Shown here one piece after another: positions 19,401 to 27,035 of a stretch of DNA of 64,000 bases. How positions within the stretch are numbered: the stretch's first letter is position 1; each line of letters begins with the position of its first letter. A model generated the notes under the pieces. That model saw only the letters and a program-made list of their open reading frames with translations. It made no database searches and was not told the DNA's origin. A program made the position numbers and the translations under genes. Source of the stretch: Candidatus Delongbacteria bacterium (GTDB lineage Bacteria; CAIWAD01); assembly GCA_963663545.1 (NCBI GenBank), contig OY760505.1, positions 2,176,001-2,240,000 of the forward strand, in the 5' to 3' direction.

Positions 19401-20929
19401 CGTCTTGACTTTGTATCACCGTGTTTCAAACCGCGCTTGATCATGGCGTAGGTCATGATCGGAACCAGGAACGTGGCCACCAGCAGTGACACAATCAGAG
19501 TGATGGCAATGGTGGTCGGGAAAGGTTGGGTGAAATCGCCAGCAATGCCGGTCATCAGGTAGCTCATCGGCAGAAAGGCTGCTATGATGGCCAGAGTAGC
19601 GCTGATCACGGGAATGAAGACTTCGCTTACGCTGCGACTGGCTGCCTCGCGCGGTGACACACCTTGATCCAGCTGCTCGACATAATTGTCCACCACGACA
19701 ATGGTGTTGTCCACTACCATGCCCAGCACGACAATCAGCGCGGCGAGGGATACGGTGTGCAATTCAATACCCACCGCGTTCAGCAACCCGATGGAGATCA
19801 GCACAGTGATCGGGATGGTCAGTGCCGCAATAGAGGCGACGCGCAGAGGGAGTAGAAGCATGGTCACAAGCACAACAGCGATGACGGCAATCAGGAATTC
19901 GTGAAGGAAGCCACTGACCGAGTTGTCCACAGCAAGCGGCATGTCGGCGATGGTGTCCACTTCCACATCGGGCGGCAACTGTTGTCTCACTTCCGCGAGC
20001 ACTCGGTCCACCTCTTTGCCGAACTGGACGATATTGTTGCCCTGATTCATCTCCAGTGTCAGGATCAGACAGGGCTCACCGTCAATCTGCACGTAGGAGT
20101 CCACATCCTCGTATTCGCGTGATACACGAGCCACATCCTTCAGACGCACAGCAATACCGCGAGGATCTGTGTAGACGATCTGATTGGCGATGTCGCTTTC
20201 GCTGTCGAAGCGCGCAGGAAGATGAATCGGTAACTCCGCAGCGCCCAGCTCAAGATCACCGGCGTAGCTCACTTCGCCTTCCAGACGAAGCGCCGCCAGC
20301 AGTGCCACGGGGCTGATGCCGTAATACGTCAGCTTCTCGTTGTCCAGGTAGATGCTGATCTGTTCCTGCTGCAGTCCCATATGTTTGAGTGTCGAGAGTG
20401 CCGGGAGTTCACGAAGGTGGTCTTCCAACAAGTCCAGGTACTCCTTCAACTCCCGCTGGCCGCGACCGGGGGCGTGCAGAGCCATCACCAGGGCTGCCGC
20501 ATCACCAAACTTGTTGTTAGCGATAAGCGCCAATACGCCCCTTGGCAAGCCCATTTTCAACTCATTCAAGCCGTGTCTCACGTCCAGCCAAAAGGCGTCC
20601 ACATCCTTCACGTTGTCGCGCAACTCGACAAAAAGGTACATGCGGCCTTCCTGAGAGATCGACCAGGTCTCATCGCGGTTGACCTGTTCAAAGGAGAAGA
20701 GGAATTCCTCCACCTTGCGGGTCAGTTGCTCTTCGACTTCTGCTGATGTAGCACCGGGATACACGCCGACCACCAGACCTTCGCGCACGACGAGCTCGGG
20801 AAACTCCTGGCGCGGCATCACCAGCAAGGCGTAGATGCCAAAGAGCATGCACAGAGCGCAAAGGGTCAGAATGATCTGTCGCCTGCGCATGGCCCAGGCA
20901 ATCAGTGAATCAAGCCAGGGCAGTCTCAT
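16487..20929 (-). CDS. RND (AcrB/AcrD/AcrF-family) transporter fused to a C-terminal TolC-like outer-membrane efflux domain
   Basis: YPGA..EVE, GMVVDNTIVVVDN, RMRPIFLT in the first ~1020 aa. Then a hydrophobic linker and OMF-type repeats (LTLQDC..ALQHN, VTQPLFAGGRI, LSVPLTDWW, Y.NG..ELLEA). Confidence 0.88.
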   Translation of the reverse strand: MRLPWLDSLIAWAMRRRQIILTLCALCMLFGIYALLVMPRQEFPELVVREGLVVGVYPGATSAEVEEQLTRKVEEFLFSFEQVNRDETWSISQEGRMYLFVELRDNVKDVDAFWLDVRHGLNELKMGLPRGVLALIANNKFGDAAALVMALHAPGRGQRELKEYLDLLEDHLRELPALSTLKHMGLQQEQISIYLDNEKLTYYGISPVALLAALRLEGEVSYAGDLELGAAELPIHLPARFDSESDIANQIVYTDPRGIAVRLKDVARVSREYEDVDSYVQIDGEPCLILTLEMNQGNNIVQFGKEVDRVLAEVRQQLPPDVEVDTIADMPLAVDNSVSGFLHEFLIAVIAVVLVTMLLLPLRVASIAALTIPITVLISIGLLNAVGIELHTVSLAALIVVLGMVVDNTIVVVDNYVEQLDQGVSPREAASRSVSEVFIPVISATLAIIAAFLPMSYLMTGIAGDFTQPFPTTIAITLIVSLLVATFLVPIMTYAMIKRGLKHGDTKSRRPSMLDHMQILYDRLLGQAFRHKAVVVLFALGMLVLTLILGSGLDNQFGPKMDRNQFAVEIYLANGSSLDRTAQAADSLQNLLLTDARVTHVTAFVGTSSPRFHTLYAPQVPGSNYAQLIVNTADDDATVELVQEYADSYQSPIPEATCRFRRIFFGVAKSPVEVRLTGKDLPVMHQTAEEIKSRLRAIEGVGWVRDDFGMQLHGLRLVVNEDEANRLGISKSAIAYTVAAATEGLPLATVWEGDYPVGVRLKQLDSEVQNSDDLLNIYVNSWLGSRSARVRNLTTLQPDASEGHIMHRNGVRCITVSADLTQQGRSHRVMHELAPQLAAMQLPPGISLSYGGDFKDSQDNYIPLAKSLAVSVAVIFFILLFQFSTIRLAMLVMSIIPLCLFGAVIGLISMGYPFSLTAFIGVISLVGMVIRNGIIYMDYAEHLRTRQGMTLEEAAMAAGRRRMRPIFLTASAAAVGVIPMIVSRSPLWGPLGTVVCFGLLLTMLLTLVVLPVLYSLLGPGRSKDSSHVSHVAGLFLLLLMTASVTHPAQAQTRLTLQDCQALALQHNAEYLNAQEELKAAREVRGEARTHYFPSASASILAMRAKDPMIEIEMEGGNLPVYDGNPANIASASQYAYFPGVELGMLDELSLGSVTVTQPLFAGGRIINGNRLAQVGVEVREQQLALKHEEMHVDVEARYCQLIALDQQLSTLDAYEQMLLELEAQVTDAYQGGLVLRNDLLKVQLERGRVQVNKTRLRNGRHLAQMAFCQFLGLERDTDIELQPLSFSQGGDTLQKVDHALALTTRHETLLLAYASRAAELNQTLALGECLPTLAIGVTVYRMTLDDKEAENNALGFLSLSVPLTDWWGGSHKIAAERGHRRIAETNQADKAELMLVQMDKCWLEYCVTCDQLELMNHNLELAQQDASVSEDSYQNGVISMSELLEARAGVLKAQSELIDARIELRMASLRYLQATGQLRP

Positions 20930-21981
20930 TAGTGTTCGCTCCCCGTGCTGATTAGTGTAACACGCGCGCCGTCGTAGAGCATGTGCATTCCGCCAGTAAC
21001 CACCTGCTCGCCAGTGTCCAAGCCTTCTAGAACGGCCAGGTTATCACGCAAGAGAGGGCCCCGTGTCACATTGCGGCGCTGAGCCACCCCGTTGTGTATC
21101 ACGTACACCCAGGAATTTCCAGCGTCGTCCAGCACCATGGCTTGCACGGGGATTTGGACCAGCGATTGGGCGGGACGATGGAGCAGAACCTCGCAGAGCA
21201 TGCCCGGCCGCACGCGCTGCTCGGGGTTCGCCATGCGTAGCTCAACCTGATAAGTGTGTGACAGGGCATCCGCCACCACACCGATCTGGCGTACGCGTCC
21301 CTGCCGTGCTACACCGGACAGTGCGGGAATGCGAATGTCAGCGATCATGCCAAGCGACAACTCATCGATCTCGCTCTCGTGAACGGCAATGCGCGCGTTC
21401 AGACTGTCGACCTGCACAATGGTCAGCACGGCCATGCCAGGAAGGGCGCCGCTGCCTTCCTCGAGGCGGCGACTACCGACGTAGCCATCGCGGAGCGCGT
21501 GAAGACTACAATCAGCGAGATTCTGCTGGGCTTGTTGCCACACGGCCTCGCTCTGGCTGAGCTGCGATTCTACCTTGACCATTTCGATGTCGGGCAGGTT
21601 GCCGCGCTCGTGAATCGGGCGTAGCCGTGATACAGCGTCCAGCGCGCGGTCATGGGCGGCTTCCGCGGCCTGCAGTGCGTTACGGAAAGTGCTGTCGTCA
21701 AGCCTGGCCAGCAGCTGGCCGGCGTGAACCGGCTGGCCTTCCTCAACCAGCACTTCCTGCACGATTCCCTGCACGGCGAAAGCCTGAGGCTGGCTACTAA
21801 CGGCGTCCACCACTCCGCTGTAGCTCATTTCACTTGTGTAGTGCACGGCTTTCACTTGCTGCACGCTAACGCGCACGCTGCGCGGAGGGTCGACTGATGC
21901 TTCGCTAGCTGGCTGACAGCTACTCAGTACAAGCAGGCACACGAGGGTGAGCCCAAGAGTGGCGATTCGGATCCCGCACAT
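20929..21981 (-). CDS. RND periplasmic adaptor (membrane fusion) lipoprotein
   Basis: Lipobox LSSC; G.V..V.VEEGQ.V..GQLLARLD; RPGM; GL..GE.VVT.G. Start placed at MCGIR after AAGGAAAG. Confidence 0.88.
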   Translation of the reverse strand: MCGIRIATLGLTLVCLLVLSSCQPASEASVDPPRSVRVSVQQVKAVHYTSEMSYSGVVDAVSSQPQAFAVQGIVQEVLVEEGQPVHAGQLLARLDDSTFRNALQAAEAAHDRALDAVSRLRPIHERGNLPDIEMVKVESQLSQSEAVWQQAQQNLADCSLHALRDGYVGSRRLEEGSGALPGMAVLTIVQVDSLNARIAVHESEIDELSLGMIADIRIPALSGVARQGRVRQIGVVADALSHTYQVELRMANPEQRVRPGMLCEVLLHRPAQSLVQIPVQAMVLDDAGNSWVYVIHNGVAQRRNVTRGPLLRDNLAVLEGLDTGEQVVTGGMHMLYDGARVTLISTGSEH

Positions 21982-22002
21982 TGCACTTTCCTTTTCGTCT
22001 AT

Positions 22003-22017
22003 TCGAATGAATCCGTT
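22003..22017. promoter_or_regulatory. Candidate TetR operator, copy 2 (upstream of the adaptor gene)
   Basis: TCGAATGAATCCGTT, 13/15 identical to 22643..22657. Confidence 0.45.
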
Positions 22018-22044
22018 TTTTGTTCGAGAGCAAGTCAAAAAAAA

Positions 22045-22632
22045 TCAAGGCATCAAGCCGCGTACCACCAGGTCACCAATTGCCATGATGCGTCGTGAAT
22101 CGTCGTCTTCGCTATCCGAAATCAGTAGATCGATGGTAAGGCTGCGCAGGCTGGAAGAGATGATATAGGCGATGTCGCTCTGTTCCTGCGCCGTGCAGGT
22201 TTTGAAGATGCCTCGTTCAATTCCGTCGGCAATCAGCTCGCGCACCAGCTGGATCTCGTCCTGATCAAAGAGCAGACGGTAGGTGTAGACAATGTTGCGG
22301 TCTTCGCGCGCGTCCATGCGCAGGGTGTTGAAAAGCATGACACGGCGGCGTGCCTCGCTGTACATCAGCTGGAAGTAGCGCTTCAGCTTCTCTGCAGGAC
22401 CACTTTCCTTGGCCAGTTCCCGACGCAGCAACTCGCGCACTTCGGCGATTTGGCCCTCTAGCACAGAGGAGAAAACCTCTTCCTTGTTGCGGAAATAGTA
22501 GTAGAGCGTAGCCTTGCCTTTGCCGGCTTCCTGGGCGATGTCTTCCATGGTGGCGCGTTTGTAGCCCCAGCGCTGGAAGACGCGGGTTGCCGCTACGGTG
22601 ATTTGGGCGCGCACATCCTGATCGATAGCCAT
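22045..22632 (-). CDS. TetR/AcrR-family regulator
   Basis: AATRVFQRWGYKRATMEDIAQEAGKGKATLYYYFRNKEE helix-turn-helix. Confidence 0.92.
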   Translation of the reverse strand: MAIDQDVRAQITVAATRVFQRWGYKRATMEDIAQEAGKGKATLYYYFRNKEEVFSSVLEGQIAEVRELLRRELAKESGPAEKLKRYFQLMYSEARRRVMLFNTLRMDAREDRNIVYTYRLLFDQDEIQLVRELIADGIERGIFKTCTAQEQSDIAYIISSSLRSLTIDLLISDSEDDDSRRIMAIGDLVVRGLMP

Positions 22633-22642
22633 ACTCGAATTC

Positions 22643-22695
22643 TCGAATGATTTCGTTCGGAAGTCGAGAATAATAGCTTGATCTTGAATTGTCAA
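22643..22695 (-). promoter_or_regulatory. Sigma-70-type promoter of the tetR-MFP-RND operon with a candidate operator
   Basis: Minus strand TTGACA (22695..22690), 17 nt, TATTCT (22672..22667). Imperfect palindrome CGAATGATTTCGTTCG at 22644..22659 just downstream. Confidence 0.65.
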
Positions 22696-22763
22696 GAGGG
22701 AGCTTGTACACCTTTCATCGTGACTTCCGGCTTCATTCTGATTTGACCTTCGCGGCGCGGATG

Positions 22764-22797
22764 AAAAGAAAAGCCCGGCTCAACGAGTCGGGCTTTC
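22764..22797 (-). terminator. Intrinsic terminator of 22819..26313
   Basis: Minus strand GAAAGCCCGACTC-GTT-GAGCCGGGCTTTTCTTTT. Confidence 0.8.
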
Positions 22798-22818
22798 TAG
22801 TGTCACTCGACTGAATCG

Positions 22819-25800
22819 CTACTTGAGCAGCGACTCCTGCTGTATTACGGACCTCACTTCGGGCACAGAGCTGGCGACGACTCGTTCGTCATCAACGACT
22901 GCTACCACGTAGAGGAAACCAGTGTTTGTCAGGCCATAGTCGCTGAAGCGCAGGACACACTCTGATGTAAGCGCGTCATAGGTTTCGGCCAGCGTATAGC
23001 TCTCGGCATAAGGATCCGCGCTCACATAGAGCTTGTAGCCACTTAGGGTAATAGGATCACCATTCACATCGGTGCTCACGGGATCCCAGCTGACTTGGGC
23101 CAGCACCTCACCATTTGGCAGAACAGCGGAAGTGATACTCAGGTTCATCGGCACCGCCGGGGGAGGAGTTGGTGCCGAGACGCTCAGCGAGTAGTTGCCT
23201 AGGCTGCTGTTCACGCCCGTGATCCAGATCCAGTAGTTGCCAGCCTCAAGCTCGGTGGTTATCTGTGAGTGTGTGCCACAGAAATCGTCGTTGTGGGCAA
23301 TCACGTTGCCTTCTGTCGGGCAGGCATCGTAGATGTAGAGGTCCGTGTTGAAGCGGAAGTTGCTTCCGCAAAGGCTGACAATAACCTCGCCCGCCTCTTC
23401 CACAACGAGCTCGTAGAAGACATCAGGAGCTTCGCTGCCCAGAATGTTCTCCTTACCGATAGTGGTTCCAGTAGCTTCCTCGCCCACGTGTATCACGGGA
23501 GCATCAGCACAGTAGTCAATGTGACAGCCGACAGTCAGCTCGTAGTTCCCCTCCGCTTCGTGATAGCCCGTCACCAGTAGCCAGTACTCCACACCTGCAG
23601 ACAGATCATGGTCGATCATGGAATACTCGCCGCAATAATCATTGTTGAAGGTAAGCGCGTGGCCGCCACTGGTGGGACAGTCGTCATAAAGGATCATGAA
23701 AGAGTTGTAGTCCGTGCCCGGATTGCAGAGGCTGAACACGGCAAGCATGTCGTGATCCGGAGTGAAGGTGTAGAGGTCATCACCCGCATCCTGGAAAGTC
23801 CAGTTCGGACCGCCCACGGTAGTACCGGTATAGGTGCCTCCGCAATTCATCTCCACACCAAAATCGCAGGCACTTAGGTTTTCGCAAGTCAGGCTCAGCT
23901 CGAAGTCGCCCTCGTCCTCTGCGTCGTAGCCATTGACTACCAGCCAGTATTTATGGCCAGCCCACAAGTTGTGCTGAATCAGCGATTGGCTGTTGCAGTA
24001 GTCGTCGTTCAGGTCGATCAGTTGTCCACCCTCGCCGGGGCAACCATCAAACAGCGCCAGCTGGGTATCGAAGTTGGTGTTCGGGCTGCAGAGGCTGAAG
24101 GTGGCTTCCACATTGAGCAGTGGCGCATACGTGTAGAGCACATCACCTGCGGGAGTATCGTAGTAGTTAGCCGCTCCCACCGTGCTACCACTGACCACAT
24201 CGCCACTAGCAAGTGCAACACCGATGTCGCAGGGATTATGGACGCAGCTCAGGCTGAGCTCGTAGTCGCCCCAGTAATGGATATCATTGACGGCAAAACC
24301 CGTCACCAGCAGCAGATACTGTGTTCCACCCGTCAGCTCCACTTCGAGCTCAGACTGCTGATCACAGAAGTCGTCGTTGCTGGCAATCAAGTTTTCTGCG
24401 GATGTATCACAGCCCTCGTAAAGATTGAGAATCGTGTCGAAGTTGGTGCCCTCGTGACACAGACTGAAAGTCGCCGTGACATCAAACTCGGGCGTGTAGG
24501 TGAAAGGCGCATCGTGGGCGATCGTGCCGCCCCAGTCAGCATCGTAGTGTGTACTACCGGTGATCTGGTCGCCGCAGTGCAGCTCGATGGCGGCATCACA
24601 CACACTCAGGGCCGTGCAGCCGCCCACCTCGAGCACATAGTCTCCCTCGCTGACGCCATAGCCTTCGACCACCAGCCAGTACTCCACACCTGCCCACAGA
24701 TTCGCCGACAGGGAAGACTGCATGCCGCAGCTGTCGTCATTGTAGTCCAGCAGCACGCCATTGGAAGGACAGCCGTGATACAGCGACAGGTAGGTGTCGA
24801 AGTTCGGATCACTGTCACACAAACTGAACCAGGCAGACATGTTTTCATCAGGTGTGAGGGTGTAGAGCATCTCGCCCGAGGCCTGGCCAAACCAGTTGAC
24901 GGCGTTCGCAGTGCTCCCGCCGACCACATCGCCGCAGCTGATGGGTGTGCCATAGTCGCAGGGATCGGGCGTGCCCCAATCCAGATTCAGGCTGAAGCAA
25001 CCCTCGCTACTGCCGTTGCCCTCAACCACGATGTAGTACAGCCCGGGAGCCAGCAGGAGATTCTCGATCTTCGAGGGCGGAATGTCCGTGTAGGCCTCGG
25101 GGCAATAGCCAAGCGGCCCGTCGTCATTGAAGGCGATCTGGTTTCCGGTGTCCGGGCAGCCGTCGAAGACGCGCAGGTAGGTGTCGTGTTCAACCATCCA
25201 ACTGCACAGATCGATCGTCAGCGCCACGGGGTCGTCTACCTGCAGCGCGTAAATGGCATCGCCGGCCGGGTTGCCGACGTGGTTGAGTCGCTGATAGTTG
25301 CAGCCTTCTACCTCTGTGTCCACGCTGGTCAGCACGGGAACGTCCTCGCAGAACCAACCGGCGGGACAGTCTTCCACTGACACGGAAAGGTGATAGCCGA
25401 CGGGCGTCTCGATGCCGGTAAAAAGCTGAGGTGCGACCGCAATGATGTAGCTGCCCGGCTGCAGGCACTCACTAGTAACACTCAGCTCGCCGCGGCCCAT
25501 GTCATGGCCGAGCACGTCATTCTCGGACACACCAGCGGCCAGCTCGATCACGTAATCCAGCGTACTGTAGGCGGAGACGGTGATGACGCCCTGCTGGGTC
25601 AAGGTGAACTCGTAATGGTCTGTATCACGCTCGGATGAGCCGAACTCCGGATCAAAGGTGAAGTAGTCGCCGCAGATCTCTGTTCCCATCGGCATGAACT
25701 CCCCATTGAAGCCGGAGTTGATGTTGTCAAAGCCGTAGAGATCTGTGACGATGGGCTCGTTCTCCTGTGGCAGCCCTGCGCAGTCGTAGGGCGAGAGTTC

Positions 25801-26313
25801 GGGGTAGTGAAAGACGTGTAGGAAGTACTCCCCCTCCGCACCGTCTTCGTAGTAACCGCCGTCGATCACCAGGTAGTACTGCCCGGGCTCCAGCCAGTAA
25901 TCCCGAATGCAGGAATCCCCACCGCCGTGGAAGTCAGAGTCGCAGGTGAGCAGATACTCATCTGCATCTGCTAGAAAGAGCTGGGTATCGAAAAGCGATC
26001 CCTTTAGATCAAAGGTGTAGAAGGCGGCCTCAGTGACGGCCACCGTGTAGGCCACGTCCGCCGATTCCGAGGTCCAGGTCGGGCAGGGAATCTGATAGTC
26101 GTTTGCGTATCCGACGGTGGTGCCACGCACTTTGGAGGGCGAAGTCAGGGACGGCGCATTCTCGATGGTATCACCGCCCTGATATGTTGTGTAATCCGAG
26201 ATCGTGTCATAGTACTGGGGATAATCTGTTCTCAGGCGTGCTTCGACAGTAACCGGAGCCAGCATCCCCACAAGCAGACCGAGGCTCAACAGCGATTTGC
26301 AGTACAAGTTCAT
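22819..26313 (-). CDS. Secreted protein with about 7 tandem Cys-containing PPC-like (pre-peptidase C-terminal-like) beta modules and a C-terminal Fn3-like domain
   Basis: Signal peptide after a GGAGAG RBS. Repeated ~120-aa unit C...G.T...D..Y...SLC...FDT.L.LYDGCP...NDD.C...S...L.AG..Y...V.G...G.Y.L. No catalytic domain recognised. Confidence 0.8.
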   Translation of the reverse strand: MNLYCKSLLSLGLLVGMLAPVTVEARLRTDYPQYYDTISDYTTYQGGDTIENAPSLTSPSKVRGTTVGYANDYQIPCPTWTSESADVAYTVAVTEAAFYTFDLKGSLFDTQLFLADADEYLLTCDSDFHGGGDSCIRDYWLEPGQYYLVIDGGYYEDGAEGEYFLHVFHYPELSPYDCAGLPQENEPIVTDLYGFDNINSGFNGEFMPMGTEICGDYFTFDPEFGSSERDTDHYEFTLTQQGVITVSAYSTLDYVIELAAGVSENDVLGHDMGRGELSVTSECLQPGSYIIAVAPQLFTGIETPVGYHLSVSVEDCPAGWFCEDVPVLTSVDTEVEGCNYQRLNHVGNPAGDAIYALQVDDPVALTIDLCSWMVEHDTYLRVFDGCPDTGNQIAFNDDGPLGYCPEAYTDIPPSKIENLLLAPGLYYIVVEGNGSSEGCFSLNLDWGTPDPCDYGTPISCGDVVGGSTANAVNWFGQASGEMLYTLTPDENMSAWFSLCDSDPNFDTYLSLYHGCPSNGVLLDYNDDSCGMQSSLSANLWAGVEYWLVVEGYGVSEGDYVLEVGGCTALSVCDAAIELHCGDQITGSTHYDADWGGTIAHDAPFTYTPEFDVTATFSLCHEGTNFDTILNLYEGCDTSAENLIASNDDFCDQQSELEVELTGGTQYLLLVTGFAVNDIHYWGDYELSLSCVHNPCDIGVALASGDVVSGSTVGAANYYDTPAGDVLYTYAPLLNVEATFSLCSPNTNFDTQLALFDGCPGEGGQLIDLNDDYCNSQSLIQHNLWAGHKYWLVVNGYDAEDEGDFELSLTCENLSACDFGVEMNCGGTYTGTTVGGPNWTFQDAGDDLYTFTPDHDMLAVFSLCNPGTDYNSFMILYDDCPTSGGHALTFNNDYCGEYSMIDHDLSAGVEYWLLVTGYHEAEGNYELTVGCHIDYCADAPVIHVGEEATGTTIGKENILGSEAPDVFYELVVEEAGEVIVSLCGSNFRFNTDLYIYDACPTEGNVIAHNDDFCGTHSQITTELEAGNYWIWITGVNSSLGNYSLSVSAPTPPPAVPMNLSITSAVLPNGEVLAQVSWDPVSTDVNGDPITLSGYKLYVSADPYAESYTLAETYDALTSECVLRFSDYGLTNTGFLYVVAVVDDERVVASSVPEVRSVIQQESLLK

Positions 26314-26407
26314 CCGACTCTCCATCTGAAACGTGACCGGCAGCCGCTTTGTGCCAGTCGACTATTGTGAACGGAAGTTCGCTTTCCAATCCAACTTGGA
26401 ACGGGTG

Positions 26408-26423
26408 GCAAACGATATGCCAA
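26408..26423 (-). promoter_or_regulatory. Sigma-54 (-24/-12)-type promoter upstream of 22819..26313
   Basis: Minus strand TTGGCATATCGTTTGC (GG-N10-GC) about 95 nt upstream of the start codon. Confidence 0.65.
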
Positions 26424-26559
26424 AATCGTCACAAGAAACATTGTTTAACTATCGCGGCTGATGGACTCTTCCTCGGACAAACCTTGTAGGCGCGTTGTAT
26501 CGGATTGGGCATGGGGAAACACCGTGTTCAGTATAAAGAACGTCTGAGGAGCAAGAATT

Positions 26560-26622
26560 GTGGGGAGTTTCGGTGGCCCGAGGAATGGCTGGTGGTGGCC
26601 ACGTGATCCATGGTTCTCCTGA
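26560..26622 (+). CDS. Putative Trp-rich leader peptide (TrpL-like), MGSFGGPRNGWWWPRDPWFS
   Basis: GAGGAG at 26546..26551, GTG start 8 nt later, TGG TGG TGG at 26590..26598, a fourth TGG at 26611, TGA at 26620. Confidence 0.6.
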   Translation: MGSFGGPRNGWWWPRDPWFS

Positions 26623-26635
26623 AGTAAAACGCTGT

Positions 26636-26683
26636 GAGCCTGTGACACAATCAAACCGGAAGGCTCGGGCTTTCCGGTTTTTT
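26636..26683 (+). terminator. Terminator with an overlapping alternative (antiterminator-like) helix
   Basis: Stem AAACCGGAAGGC-TCGG-GCTTTCCGGTTT plus T-run. GAGCCT (26636..26641) can instead pair with AGGCTC (26661..26666). Confidence 0.7.
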
Positions 26684-27035
26684 ACGTTGTGGTTGGCTCG
26701 CTTGTTGATGCTCGAAATTCACACGCCGCTGGGGCAACATGGGACTATTCTGAGCGCGGTCTTACACGCACGCAGGCCATTTGCCGCGAGTACAGTATCT
26801 GGAAAGTGCTTATTGCTGTTCCCGCCAAGTGACCTATCAAATACCCATCAAATAAGACTCAGATTTGTATGTATTTGATAACAGTGATGATAGATATCGT
26901 GGGAGATGCAGATTGAAAGGACCCGTCAAATACAGTTCAAACGGCTTTGTGTATTTGTGCAAGGTGCTCACGCCTCCTGCTGTGGACTGGATTTAGAAGC
27001 ACGCCCTAGATCTAAGCTGGCATGGAAGCACAATG

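Noticed and set aside
26819..26827. TTCCCGCCA matching the last 9 nt of tRNA-Sec, a possible att site of the islet
   Set aside because: It is inverted relative to the minus-strand tRNA, whereas an att duplication should be a direct repeat. Nine bases can occur by chance, and no integrase is present.
26558..26878. 106-aa ORF from the track using the same RBS as the Trp leader
   Set aside because: It runs through a strong terminator and has no recognisable features. The GTG frame two bases later explains the RBS and the attenuator geometry better.
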